DNA of 64,000 nucleotides from Lachnospiraceae bacterium (GCA_029063085.1 JAIDOW010000067.1:1-64000), one strand, 5' to 3'. Shown: positions 26,451 through 36,811, numbered from the stretch's first letter. Translations and numbers: made by a program. Notes: generated from the sequence alone by a model not told the origin.

Positions 26451-28304
26451 ATGTGTGGCATAGCTGGTTTTTGCAATTTTTCAGTAAATTATGCAGCCAC
26501 GCCAGATAAATGGACCAAAATATTAGAGAAAATGAATCGGCAGCAGGAACATCGCGGACCGGATGACAACGGAACATTTTTACACTCCCATTGCGGATTG
26601 TCCCATGTCCGGCTGTCAATTATAGATTTATCCACCGGACACCAGCCTATGACCCGTTCTTTGGGTGGACGCAGTGTGACCATCGTATATAACGGAGAAA
26701 TCTATAACATGCAAGAATTGAAAAAAGAACTTCAACATAAAGGAGTGCGTTTTCATACAACCAGTGATACTGAAGTAATCCTTGCAGGATATGAAATCTA
26801 TGGTGTAGATATCGTAAAAAAATTGAACGGTATCTTCGCCTTTGCCATATGGGATTCCTGGAAACAAAAATTATATCTGTTCCGGGACCGCTCGGGAATC
26901 AAGCCTCTCTTTTATACGATCAAGCAAAACACCCTCGTCTTCTCTTCGGAAATAAAAGGATTGTTCTGCTATCCCGAAATAACTCCGGAAGTAGATAAGG
27001 AAGGCCTATGCGAAATATTTGGTCTTGGTCCCGCAAAAACATATGGAAAAGGCGTCTTTAAAAATATATACGAAATTCTTCCCGGTCATTTTCTGGAATT
27101 TAGTAAAAATAGCTGCCGGGAGCACTGCTACTGGCAGCTGGAAAGCCGCCCACACCAGCAAAATTTTGAGGAAACCTTAGAGCAGACCCGGACTCTGATC
27201 ACTGGATCGATCAGGGAACAAATGCTGTCTGACGTTCCCATCTGCACATTTTTATCCGGCGGTGTGGACAGCAGCTTTGTAACGGCAATATGCAGCGAGG
27301 AACTTCAAAAAGAAGGAAAACAGCTGGATACCTACTCTTTTGATTTTACCGATAATGATGTAAACTTCAAGGCAAATGCATTCCAGCCGACACAGGATCG
27401 TCCCTGGGTGGAAAAAATGGTTCAATTTTCAAATACAAATCACCATTTTCTGGAATGCAATAACAAAGAATTATACAACTATCTATATGATGCCGTAGAT
27501 GCCAGAGACCTCCCCTGTATGGCGGATGTGGAATCTTCCATGCTATACTTTTGTAAAGAGGTTGCAAAACACAATAAAGTTACTTTGACCGGTGAGTGTG
27601 CTGACGAAATCTTTGGAGGTTATCCATGGTTTCATAAAAAAGAATGTTTCGAAGCAGACATTTTCCCCTGGTCAATGGATTTTGCACCCCGCACAATGCT
27701 GCTAAAGGATGAAGTCTTACAGGAACTTCCCATAGAGGAATATGCCAGGGCAGCTTATGAAAAAACTATCCGGGAAACTCCCGTATTACCGGGCGAAAAC
27801 CCGGAAGAAAAAAGAAGAAGGGAAATTGCGTACCTGAACCTTAAATGGTTTATGCAGACACTTCTTGACCGTATGGACAGAACCAGTATGTATAGCGGAT
27901 TGGAAGCACGCGTACCGTTAGCAGACCACCGGATCATTGAATATGTATGGAATGTTCCATGGGAAATGAAATGCCATAACGGAATCGTAAAAGGGCTCCT
28001 CCGGGCAGCGGGAGAAAAATATCTGCCGGAAGAAATTCTTTATCGTAAAAAAAGTCCTTATCCCAAAACCTACGATCCCGCCTATGAAAAACTCCTGCGC
28101 CAGGAAATGACGGAGCTTTTACATGACGGAACTGCTCCCCTCTGTACTCTGATCGACCGAAATAAAGTCATGGGCTTTATGAAAAATCCAACTGATTACG
28201 GAAGACCATTCTATGGACAGCTGATGGCAGGACCACAGCTTCTGGCATATTTTTTACAGATCAATTACTGGCTTGCAAAATACAAGATACGATTAACAGC
28301 ATAG
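26451..28304 (+). CDS. asnB: Asparagine synthetase (glutamine-hydrolysing), class-II Ntn amidotransferase
   Basis: N-terminal MCGIAGF with Cys at position 2, so the ATG at 26451 is taken as the start and the two residues upstream in the ORF are dropped. The PP-loop motif is SGGVDSS. 617 aa. Confidence 0.85.
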   Translation: MCGIAGFCNFSVNYAATPDKWTKILEKMNRQQEHRGPDDNGTFLHSHCGLSHVRLSIIDLSTGHQPMTRSLGGRSVTIVYNGEIYNMQELKKELQHKGVRFHTTSDTEVILAGYEIYGVDIVKKLNGIFAFAIWDSWKQKLYLFRDRSGIKPLFYTIKQNTLVFSSEIKGLFCYPEITPEVDKEGLCEIFGLGPAKTYGKGVFKNIYEILPGHFLEFSKNSCREHCYWQLESRPHQQNFEETLEQTRTLITGSIREQMLSDVPICTFLSGGVDSSFVTAICSEELQKEGKQLDTYSFDFTDNDVNFKANAFQPTQDRPWVEKMVQFSNTNHHFLECNNKELYNYLYDAVDARDLPCMADVESSMLYFCKEVAKHNKVTLTGECADEIFGGYPWFHKKECFEADIFPWSMDFAPRTMLLKDEVLQELPIEEYARAAYEKTIRETPVLPGENPEEKRRREIAYLNLKWFMQTLLDRMDRTSMYSGLEARVPLADHRIIEYVWNVPWEMKCHNGIVKGLLRAAGEKYLPEEILYRKKSPYPKTYDPAYEKLLRQEMTELLHDGTAPLCTLIDRNKVMGFMKNPTDYGRPFYGQLMAGPQLLAYFLQINYWLAKYKIRLTA

Positions 28305-28333
28305 TATGTCTTCATAGCACACCATCTTTTAAT

Positions 28334-28373
28334 GGCACGGTACCGGCAACTCATATTTTGCCGGCAGCGTGCC
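28334..28373. terminator. Bidirectional terminator between asnB and the convergent symporter gene
   Basis: Long hairpin GGCACGGTACCGGCAA-ctcatatt-TTGCCGGCAGCGTGCC. Confidence 0.7.
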
Positions 28374-28406
28374 ATTATAATATCTAAACAATGCTATAAA
28401 TTGTTC

Positions 28407-30089
28407 TTATTTAAAGGTTCTTTCTGCATCAATCACTTTCTGAAAGGCCTTCATCTCTTTTGCGATTTCTCCACTAAGGACCAACAGGCAGATCAGGTTC
28501 GGAACTGCCATCAGGGCATTGGCAATATCCGACAGATTCCAGACAAGTTCCAGTGCCTGTGTTGCTCCTATGTATGCAATAAGCGAAAATCCAATCCGGT
28601 ATACCATATTATACCGATATGTCCCCATCATATATTCAAAGGCTTTCTCTCCCTGATATTCCCATCCAAGTATGGTGGAAAACGCAAACAACGCAATTCC
28701 CACAGATATAACCCAGCCACCGGCTTTTCCCAGCACTGTTGTAAAAGACTGGATAGTCAAGGATGCTCCCTTTATCAATTCATCACATACATAACTTCCA
28801 TCCCTTCCAAAATGATAGAGATTCCGGTCATCTCCCTCCCATGTACCCATCATAACACCATTTGTAATAACTGCCTTTTCCACACCGGAAGCAGCTTTTT
28901 CATAGCTTCCCATATACGGTGTCAGCATAAGGGGTATATGGTTCTTATCCCTCAATATAACTCTTCTTCCATCTATCTCCATATCATATACATTTATGCA
29001 TTTCTTCCCATCATAGGATACCTCGGTTATCAGCTGATTTCCTGTTACTGCATATGTACCTGCCGCTTTTTGTGATGTCATGCCCAGTACTCCGGACGAG
29101 GCAATCGCCAATCCTGTAATCGTACATACAACGATAGTATCCCAAAAGGTTCCTGTCATATTGATATAACCCTGCCGGACCGGATAATCCGTAGCCGCTG
29201 CTGCTGCCGTAATTGCTGCTGAACCCATGCCTGCTTCATTGGAAAATATCCCACGGGCAACACCATAACGCACCGCTCCCATCATGGAAGCCACAACCGT
29301 ACCCAGAGCTCCACCGGTCACTGCCTTCACGCTGAATGCCATTGAAAAAATATCAACAATCCCGGAAGGTATATTTTCAATATTACCTGCTATTACAATA
29401 ATGCCCGCAACCACATAAAAGACCGCCATAATAGGCACTATGATGGAAGATATCTTCGAAATTGTCTGAATCCCGCCCACAATAATGAACAGGACAAGAA
29501 CCGTAATGATAATTCCGATCATCTTTGTGGGGAAATGAAACGTTTCATGTAAAGCGGATGCTATAGAATTTGCCTGTGTCATGTTACCGATACCAAAGGA
29601 TGCCAAGACAGTAAAAAATGCAAACAGCCAGCCAAAGAGCTTTCCAAATGTCTTATGCCTAAATGCCTTTCTCATGGTATACATGGGTCCGCCTGACATT
29701 TCTCCCCTGTCATTTATCTCCCGGTACTTAATGGCAAGCATACACTCAGAAAACTTAGATGCCAAACCAAAACAGGCAGAAATCCACATCCAGACCAATG
29801 CTCCCGGACCTCCAGCTACCATTGCTGTTGCTACCCCTACTATATTACCGGTACCAATCGTCGCTGCGAGTGCTGTGGTAAGTGCAGAAAACGGAGAGAC
29901 ATCCCCCTCTCCACTGCCTTTTGTCCGTGCCTTCTTACTTAAGGTGCTTTTTAGTGCATATGGAAGATTCCTCCATGGAAGAAAACCGGTACGGACTGTC
30001 AGAAAAATACCGGTTCCCACCAGTAAGACCAGCATCAACGGTCCCCAGACAAAATCATCCAATCTCTTAATAATCTCTGAAACATTCAT
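28407..30089 (-). CDS. Sodium:alanine symporter (AGCS) family transporter with a ~110-aa insertion
   Basis: 560-aa ORF with AGCS-type TM architecture (GTGNIVGVATAMVAGGPGALVWMW...). Between two TM helices sits a hydrophilic insert (VLGMTSQKAAGTYAVTGNQL...SFTTVLGKAG) that canonical ~450-aa AgcS proteins lack. Confidence 0.75.
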   Translation of the reverse strand: MNVSEIIKRLDDFVWGPLMLVLLVGTGIFLTVRTGFLPWRNLPYALKSTLSKKARTKGSGEGDVSPFSALTTALAATIGTGNIVGVATAMVAGGPGALVWMWISACFGLASKFSECMLAIKYREINDRGEMSGGPMYTMRKAFRHKTFGKLFGWLFAFFTVLASFGIGNMTQANSIASALHETFHFPTKMIGIIITVLVLFIIVGGIQTISKISSIIVPIMAVFYVVAGIIVIAGNIENIPSGIVDIFSMAFSVKAVTGGALGTVVASMMGAVRYGVARGIFSNEAGMGSAAITAAAAATDYPVRQGYINMTGTFWDTIVVCTITGLAIASSGVLGMTSQKAAGTYAVTGNQLITEVSYDGKKCINVYDMEIDGRRVILRDKNHIPLMLTPYMGSYEKAASGVEKAVITNGVMMGTWEGDDRNLYHFGRDGSYVCDELIKGASLTIQSFTTVLGKAGGWVISVGIALFAFSTILGWEYQGEKAFEYMMGTYRYNMVYRIGFSLIAYIGATQALELVWNLSDIANALMAVPNLICLLVLSGEIAKEMKAFQKVIDAERTFK

Positions 30090-30230
30090 TCCCTGACACC
30101 TTCATTCCTTTTACGTTTTCACCTACATAAACTTTATGCGGTTTAGAAAAATGTCTGATGTTTCATGTATATCGCTATTTCCTGTAAAATATACCTGTTC
30201 TTCTTCCTTTACCTATGGAGGCATACAGCA

Positions 30231-33200
30231 TTACTCGACTGACTTAAGGGATTCTGCCATATCTATATTCTCAAGCTTCTTTGACATAAAAAGATTCACA
30301 ATCTGATTAAATAAAAATGTCAGGATGATGCTCAGGATAAAACTGAAACCTGTAACATGCACATCAAACGCCACTGCATCAATCTTAATCTGGCTCATAA
30401 CAAACCGGTGCAGGTAATGTCCCAGTAAAACTCCCACAAGACTTCCAAATAATGTTAATACAGTGTTTTCCCTGAAAATATAAGAATTGGTTTCCTCCTT
30501 ATAAAATCCAAGCACCTTAATCGTTGCAATTTCCCGTATCCTCTCCGTAATATTAATATTATTGAGGTTGTATATTACAATAAATGCAAGCATGGCGGCA
30601 CAGATAATTACGAGAATTACAACATAATCCAGGCTGCCCATCATATCAGATACCATCTGTTTAATATCTGCACTGACTGTTACCATACTGACATCTTCCG
30701 CTTTCATCAGAGCAGAGGCAACCTCATACACATCTGCATTCTCCTCAATATTTACATACATTTCATTGTATTCAGCCTTTTCTTTAAAAAGCTGTTCATA
30801 CGTATCGGGGGTCATAATTACATAATGGCTAAAATAATTCTGGTAAATACCGCTGACCATAACAGTTCCACCCTTTAAATCACTGTTTTGCAGGGTAACA
30901 GTGTCCCCCACGCCAATACCATAATTCTCTGCCAGTTTAGAGGAAATCACTGCTTTACCGTTTTCCGGAAAATCAATCTGTTCTCCCTCTTGTGTATGCA
31001 AATCTACATATGAAGAAAATCCTTCTTTTTCAGCAGGCACCATCAGGTAAACACTCTTTACCTCCCCGCCGGCCTGCAAATCCACACTCTTTCCTGCAAT
31101 CAGAAGAGACTCCTTTATACCCGGAACCTTGACCTCGTCCTCCCTGATATCCGCTGCTATATCATAAATAAATATTTGTTCAAACTGGGTATCTGCAATA
31201 TTTGCTATAGAATCCCTGACACCCATTCCTGTAACAAGTAATGCTGTACACCCGCTGATTCCGATAATCATCATAAAAAACCGCCTTTTATAGCGGAAAA
31301 GGTTCCGTACCGATACTTTATCTAAAAATTTTAAATGTTTCCAGATAAAAGGAATCTTTTCTAACAGCACCCTTTTACCTGCTTTAGGTGTCTTCGGTCT
31401 CATTAATGCCGCCGCCATTTCCCGCAGCTCCTGATAGCACACTACGAATGTGGTTCCCGCAGAGCATAAAAGTGCCACTAAAACAGAAATAACTGCCAGT
31501 CCACTGTTCAATACATAATGCAGGGAACCCATATCATACATCATTTTATATGCATTCCATATAACGATCGAAAATGTCCATGTGCCTGCAAAATAACCAC
31601 CAACCGCACCCGTCAATGCCCCACTTCCAGAATACACCATATATTTCCCTATAATCGCTGCATTAGAATATCCCAGAGCCTTTAGCACACCAATCTGGGT
31701 ACGCTGTTCTTCCATCATCCTTGCCATAGTAGTCATACATACCAGTGCTGCTACCAGGAAAAAAAAGATAGGAAATACCTTTGCGACTCCCTTGACAATC
31801 TGGGCATCATTATCAAAACCTGCATATCCTGTATTGGTTTCCCTGCCTAATACATAGATTTCCGGTTTTTTCAAATTCTTAAGTTCTTCTCTTGCATCTG
31901 CAATTTCTTTCCCTGCATCCGCTATCTTTTCATCATATTCCTTTTTGGCATCATCATACTCTATCTGCCCGTTGGCAAGCTCCTTTTCGGCAGACACCAA
32001 CTCCCTTTCCTTTTCTGAAATCTGTCTTTCGGCCTGGGAAAACTGTTTTTTGGCTTCTTCGATTTTGATACCTGCCTCGTCCAGTTCCTTTTTTGCCTTT
32101 TTTAACTGTTTATCGGCCTTGCTCAGCTTTTTCCCTTCAGTATCAATAGTTTTCTTTGCTTCCTTTAATTCCACAGCTCCCGCATCTAACTGCGATTTTA
32201 CACCCGCCAATGTGCTCCCTGTCGCATCTAATGTTGCTCTCCAGGCTGCAAATTCCTGTTCTTTTACCTTCTGCTCCTGCTCACTTAAATATGCTTTCCC
32301 GCTTTCATATTGTCCCCTGGCTTTGGCATATTCCTGCTCACTTTCATCATAAGCTTTTTTATTGGTTTCATAAGCAGTAAGATTTTTTTCATACTCCGCA
32401 TACTGCGTGTTATAGGTACTTACTCCCTTGTCGTATGCCTTTTTTCCCTTATCATAGACGGCTTTATTTTTCTTATATACTTTAAGACCTTTCTTATATT
32501 CTTCTTCTTTTTTCTCCAACGTATTTTTGTTGTCTGATAACGTTTGTTTTGCTTTACTGATTACATTTTTCCCATCTGCAATTTGATTTTCTCCATCAGT
32601 AAGCGTATCCCGTGCCTCAGCTAATTCTTTCTCCCCATCAGCTTTTTTCTCCTGTAATGTCGTATCCGCATCCTCAATCTCTTCCTGCGCCTCTGCATAA
32701 ATACGATGATATCTGAAGTCCGCCTCCCTCTGGCAGATTTCCTTCCATTCTTCTTCTCTGGAATCCATGAGATTGTCATATTCTTCTGAATAGATAGCTG
32801 CATCTTTATCGAAAGCAATATAGATTTCCGTATCATAATCCATATCATAGGCTTCCTTCATCAAATAAACAAAACCATCTATCGCTCCGTCACCAACAGA
32901 AGTATTTCCCCGACCATAGTGTATATAAAGTGGAGATCTTACAAGCCCTACAATCGTATATTCTTTTACCGAAAATTTATCCTGATCTTCTTTTTCATTC
33001 GATTCGGCTATGGTTAATTTCTTTCCGATATCTGCTTCACTATACGCATGCCTGTCCACAACACATTCATTTTCCGCTTCCGGCATTCTCCCCGCAGTTA
33101 AATCCAACGTATTTACCTTTTGAGGAAAGGATATTGTTTTAACCACTCTTTCTGTACCGTCAGCTTCCGCAATCAAAACATCGGCACTCTTTGCTCCTTC

Positions 33201-33497
33201 CGCTGCCAGAACACCCTCCTCTTTTGCAAGCACATCTGCCGATTCCTCATCAAATCCCAATGTGGAAAGCAGACGGTAATCAAAGAAATTCAAATCATCC
33301 AGATAAGCATCCGCTGTATAAACCATTGCATCATACGCTACCTGCAAACCTGAAAAAAAGCCCACACCAAGAGCGACGATCAACAAAATCGCCATATATC
33401 TTCCAAAGCTTCCTTTTATTTCACGGATTGTCGATTTTATCATTCCCTTGTTCATTTTGTCACCATTCCAACTCTGATACATCCATAGGCTGTTCAT
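30231..33497 (-). CDS. Giant FtsX-family ABC permease (two FtsX 4-TM modules) with a ~330-aa Lys/Glu-rich coiled-coil extracytoplasmic insert
   Basis: 1088-aa ORF containing two FtsX-like TM bundles. Between TM1 and the first bundle lies a long heptad-like KxxxYxKxxKAY/ELxxAKK region. Alternative starts are at 33497 (RBS GAGGA, overlapping the ATPase gene) or 33455 (MNKGMIKS). Confidence 0.75.
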   Translation of the reverse strand: MNSLWMYQSWNGDKMNKGMIKSTIREIKGSFGRYMAILLIVALGVGFFSGLQVAYDAMVYTADAYLDDLNFFDYRLLSTLGFDEESADVLAKEEGVLAAEGAKSADVLIAEADGTERVVKTISFPQKVNTLDLTAGRMPEAENECVVDRHAYSEADIGKKLTIAESNEKEDQDKFSVKEYTIVGLVRSPLYIHYGRGNTSVGDGAIDGFVYLMKEAYDMDYDTEIYIAFDKDAAIYSEEYDNLMDSREEEWKEICQREADFRYHRIYAEAQEEIEDADTTLQEKKADGEKELAEARDTLTDGENQIADGKNVISKAKQTLSDNKNTLEKKEEEYKKGLKVYKKNKAVYDKGKKAYDKGVSTYNTQYAEYEKNLTAYETNKKAYDESEQEYAKARGQYESGKAYLSEQEQKVKEQEFAAWRATLDATGSTLAGVKSQLDAGAVELKEAKKTIDTEGKKLSKADKQLKKAKKELDEAGIKIEEAKKQFSQAERQISEKERELVSAEKELANGQIEYDDAKKEYDEKIADAGKEIADAREELKNLKKPEIYVLGRETNTGYAGFDNDAQIVKGVAKVFPIFFFLVAALVCMTTMARMMEEQRTQIGVLKALGYSNAAIIGKYMVYSGSGALTGAVGGYFAGTWTFSIVIWNAYKMMYDMGSLHYVLNSGLAVISVLVALLCSAGTTFVVCYQELREMAAALMRPKTPKAGKRVLLEKIPFIWKHLKFLDKVSVRNLFRYKRRFFMMIIGISGCTALLVTGMGVRDSIANIADTQFEQIFIYDIAADIREDEVKVPGIKESLLIAGKSVDLQAGGEVKSVYLMVPAEKEGFSSYVDLHTQEGEQIDFPENGKAVISSKLAENYGIGVGDTVTLQNSDLKGGTVMVSGIYQNYFSHYVIMTPDTYEQLFKEKAEYNEMYVNIEENADVYEVASALMKAEDVSMVTVSADIKQMVSDMMGSLDYVVILVIICAAMLAFIVIYNLNNINITERIREIATIKVLGFYKEETNSYIFRENTVLTLFGSLVGVLLGHYLHRFVMSQIKIDAVAFDVHVTGFSFILSIILTFLFNQIVNLFMSKKLENIDMAESLKSVE

Positions 33498-34164
33498 TCA
33501 TCCTCATCTCTGCGATTTTCCCACTCTTAACTACGATAATACGGTCTGCCATTGCCGTTAATGCCTGATTATGTGTAATGACAACCACTGTAGTTCCTGT
33601 ATTTTTGCAAGTATCCTGCAAAAGCTTCAACACCGACTTTCCGGTCCGGTAATCCAATGCTCCTGTGGGCTCGTCACAAAGCAAGAGCTTAGGATTTTTG
33701 GCCAGTGCTCTTGCAATTGCCACTCTTTGCTGCTCCCCGCCGGAAAGCTGTGCAGGAAAATTAGACATTCTTTCCTTTAAGCCCACCTCTTCTAACACCA
33801 TTGCCGCATCCAGTGGATTTTTACAAATCTGGGAGGCAAGTTCCACATTTTCCAACGCTGTGAGATTTCCTACCAGATTATAAAACTGGAATACAAATCC
33901 TACATCATACCGACGATAGGTAGTTAACTCTTTTTTATTCATTGCTGATATCTGCCTGCCATCTAATGATACCTCCCCACTTGTCAAGGTGTCCATTCCC
34001 CCTAAAATATTGAGAATCGTTGTTTTCCCTGCTCCGGAAGCTCCTACAATAATACAAAATTCACCCTGCTCAATTTCAAAATTAACATCCTTTAGTGCGT
34101 GAATGGAAACTTCTCCGGTATGATAACATTTACTCACATTCTTAAACTCAACAAAAGCGCTCAT
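33460..34164 (-). CDS. ABC transporter ATP-binding protein (partner of the giant FtsX permease)
   Basis: Walker [10 protein letters not shown], signature [15 protein letters not shown], Walker [12 protein letters not shown]. The start ATG overlaps the upstream gene's stop (ATGA). Confidence 0.85.
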   Translation of the reverse strand: MSAFVEFKNVSKCYHTGEVSIHALKDVNFEIEQGEFCIIVGASGAGKTTILNILGGMDTLTSGEVSLDGRQISAMNKKELTTYRRYDVGFVFQFYNLVGNLTALENVELASQICKNPLDAAMVLEEVGLKERMSNFPAQLSGGEQQRVAIARALAKNPKLLLCDEPTGALDYRTGKSVLKLLQDTCKNTGTTVVVITHNQALTAMADRIIVVKSGKIAEMRMNEQPMDVSELEW

Positions 34165-35972
34165 TTACATTCCCTCAATCTATTAATAATCCTATTCACT
34201 AACGAAACCCTGTTAAATGGAGTCATAAAATAATATCCGTCTGCAAAATCTGAAGCCTTACAGCCAATTTCTACACTTAATCTTACAGCCGTCTCTTCCG
34301 CTTGTTCCCGATTCATATCAGGACGATAACAATCGACAATTTCATCCGGAACATCAATCCCCGGCAATTCGTTTTTCATAAACAGTGCATTTTTATAACT
34401 TACAAGCGGCATAATCCCAAGAAGAATTTTGGCATTAGTCCGTTTCTTCAATTCTCTTACTCTGTTAATATCCGAATCGGAATACACTGGCTGGGTAAGA
34501 AAATAACTGCATCCTGCCGCCATTTTTTTCTCCATCCTGTCCACAATCGCTTCTATATTAACTCCTGCATAATTAAGGGCCCCTCCATAATAAACCGGAT
34601 CCTCCATAAAAATTTCCTGATTCATGTTCCTGACATATTCCATCAATTTGATGGAATTCACATCAAATACCCCTGAAATGATATTCCGGTCATCTCTTGC
34701 CACCGGATCTCCTGTAACGATCAGCATATCTCGAATTCCATTAATATATCCACCAAGTATAGCAGAACGCAGAGCAATCAGATTCCTGTCCCTACAGCAT
34801 ATGTGAGGCATTACACATCCCCCTGTCTTATTAGCAATAAAAATCCCCATTTCAAAGGACTCTGCCCTGGACCTTGCCATTGGAGAATCAGAAATGGTAA
34901 TTAAATCCACATTATTTTCATGCAGGCGGCACGCTGCCTCTAAGAATTTATCTGCTTTCTGGTCAAACGGAGAATCAATTTCCACTGCATATACCCTGTC
35001 TCCCCTGTTTAACTTTTCTATAAATGGATGAGGCGGTTCTGCACACACTGTTTTTCCCACTACCGGCATAATCCTTTTGTTTACAGGACTCTTTTTCTCA
35101 CCTAACATCTCCGATAGTGCCCTGATATATTCTGGTGTAGTTCCACAACATCCGCCAATCAGGTTCACACCACTTGACAAAACCTGCTCCATAATAGAAG
35201 CATAATACGAAGGATTATCTATGAACAACTGCCTTCCCCGCAAAATATGCTCATACCCTGCATTTGGCAAAACACTTAATGTACAATCTTTTGAAAACGT
35301 AATTTTCGTTAACAACTTATTCATATGTGCCGCCCCAATGCCACAATTAAAACCAAAACCTGACAAAACCGTTTGGTTCTCCAATTCATTTACCAGTCTC
35401 TGCATACTGTATCCATACTTGGTATATCCCATACGATTCACGGAAAACTGAGCCATTACAAATACGTCTTCCAACAGGGTATCGGCAGCTAATTTTTTAA
35501 TATACTCTGCAATCCTTATAACCATTGCAGTATCCGCAAAGGTTTCCAGTATAAAAATGCGGATTCCCTGTCCTGCCAGAACATCACAGATATATTGATA
35601 CTCCTCAAAAACCTTTTCTTCTTCCTGTTCATTATCACAGCGGACAGGTCCGATAGAACCAGCAATCCATATTGGAGCACCTGCTTCCTTTACTGCATCC
35701 TTTGCATTTTTTACTGCCGCAATCAGATTATCCTCTATCTCTTCTTGCCTGAACAACATATGGTTAACTGCAAAAGTGTTGGTTCTAATGAGTTTTGCAC
35801 CCGCAAGAATATATTTTTTATGAATATCTTTAATCCAATCCGGGTGCGTAATATTTGCACTTTCCGCCTCTCCTCCTTCCGGATGTATTCGGCTATAATA
35901 TGTTCCCATTGCACCGTCCATCAATACAACCTGTTTTTTCAGAATATCCTGTAAATCTGTTACCGGCATCAT
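34161..35972 (-). CDS. yitJ: Bifunctional homocysteine S-methyltransferase / 5,10-methylenetetrahydrofolate reductase (YitJ-like)
   Basis: 603-aa ORF. The N-terminal HMT domain shows LMDGAMGT and GGCCGTTPEYIRAL. The C-terminal MTHFR-like domain shows FLTQPVYSDSDINRVREL and LGIMPLVSYKNALFMKNELPGIDVP. Confidence 0.75.
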   Translation of the reverse strand: MMPVTDLQDILKKQVVLMDGAMGTYYSRIHPEGGEAESANITHPDWIKDIHKKYILAGAKLIRTNTFAVNHMLFRQEEIEDNLIAAVKNAKDAVKEAGAPIWIAGSIGPVRCDNEQEEEKVFEEYQYICDVLAGQGIRIFILETFADTAMVIRIAEYIKKLAADTLLEDVFVMAQFSVNRMGYTKYGYSMQRLVNELENQTVLSGFGFNCGIGAAHMNKLLTKITFSKDCTLSVLPNAGYEHILRGRQLFIDNPSYYASIMEQVLSSGVNLIGGCCGTTPEYIRALSEMLGEKKSPVNKRIMPVVGKTVCAEPPHPFIEKLNRGDRVYAVEIDSPFDQKADKFLEAACRLHENNVDLITISDSPMARSRAESFEMGIFIANKTGGCVMPHICCRDRNLIALRSAILGGYINGIRDMLIVTGDPVARDDRNIISGVFDVNSIKLMEYVRNMNQEIFMEDPVYYGGALNYAGVNIEAIVDRMEKKMAAGCSYFLTQPVYSDSDINRVRELKKRTNAKILLGIMPLVSYKNALFMKNELPGIDVPDEIVDCYRPDMNREQAEETAVRLSVEIGCKASDFADGYYFMTPFNRVSLVNRIINRLRECK

Positions 35973-35987
35973 CAGCTTTTCAACCTC

Positions 35988-36650
35988 CTAAGTTAGTAAC
36001 TCTTCAATATATTTTTTATCAACTATTATTAAAATAGTATCTTCTTCCCTCAAAGGAGCATCCGGATCTATATCTGTTGTCAGTTCCCCATCCTGCCTTA
36101 TCGCTATTACATTAATCTTATGTCTCTTTCGAAGAGAAAGCTGCTTTAAACTTTTACCTGCCCACTCTTTTTTAATCGCCAGCTCCACCATGCGGAGACG
36201 GTTTGATAATTCAAAGAAATCCAAAAAATTGCCTGCTATAATATTCCTTGCCAGACGTATACCGCCGTCATGTTCCGGTGTCACGATCTTATCCGCACCA
36301 ATCCTTTGAAAAATCGTAGTCTGTGTTGCGTTCTGTGATTTTGCAATTACAAATGGCACACCGGCTTCCTTCGCTGCCAGAATTGCCATGATACAGGCAT
36401 CCAGACATCCCGTCATCGCCACGATCACTCCATCCATATTAGACAATCCCAGCGTTTCCAATGCGTGCATTTCCGATGCATCAATCTGCATAGCAAGCGT
36501 TACCTTATCTGCAATATCTGATATTTGTTCCTCATCTTTATCAAGAACCATAACCTCTGCTCCTGCTGCTGCCAGTTCCACTGCAACACTTCTTCCAAAC
36601 TCTCCCAATCCAAATACGGCATATGATTTTTTATCTTCTTTCCTTTTCAT
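35988..36650 (-). CDS. trkA: TrkA/KtrA-type K+ transporter NAD-binding regulatory subunit
   Basis: 220-aa ORF with a TrkA-N Rossmann motif (AVFGLGEFGRSVAVEL) and a C-terminal TrkA-C. Confidence 0.8.
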   Translation of the reverse strand: MKRKEDKKSYAVFGLGEFGRSVAVELAAAGAEVMVLDKDEEQISDIADKVTLAMQIDASEMHALETLGLSNMDGVIVAMTGCLDACIMAILAAKEAGVPFVIAKSQNATQTTIFQRIGADKIVTPEHDGGIRLARNIIAGNFLDFFELSNRLRMVELAIKKEWAGKSLKQLSLRKRHKINVIAIRQDGELTTDIDPDAPLREEDTILIIVDKKYIEELLT

Positions 36651-36662
36651 ACTCTATATCCT

Positions 36663-36810
36663 TTCTCTTGTAACCAATTTTGCTTTGCAAAATTGATTGC
36701 CTACTTGCCCGCCTATCTGCGAAGCAGATTTAAATGCGGGCAATTCCCGTCTCGCAGATTTTATAATCTACTTTATACTACCCAGTAACCAATTTTGCTT
36801 TGCAAACTTT
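36663..36810. promoter_or_regulatory. trkH-trkA intergenic structured element: two copies of the perfect palindrome CAATTTTGC-TTT-GCAAAATTG flanking a GC-rich hairpin
   Basis: The palindromes taaccaattttgctttgcaaa sit at about 36663-36690 and 36785-36810. Between them is TTGCCCGCctatCTGCgaaGCAGatttaaatGCGGGCAA. Confidence 0.5.
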
Positions 36811-36811
36811 A

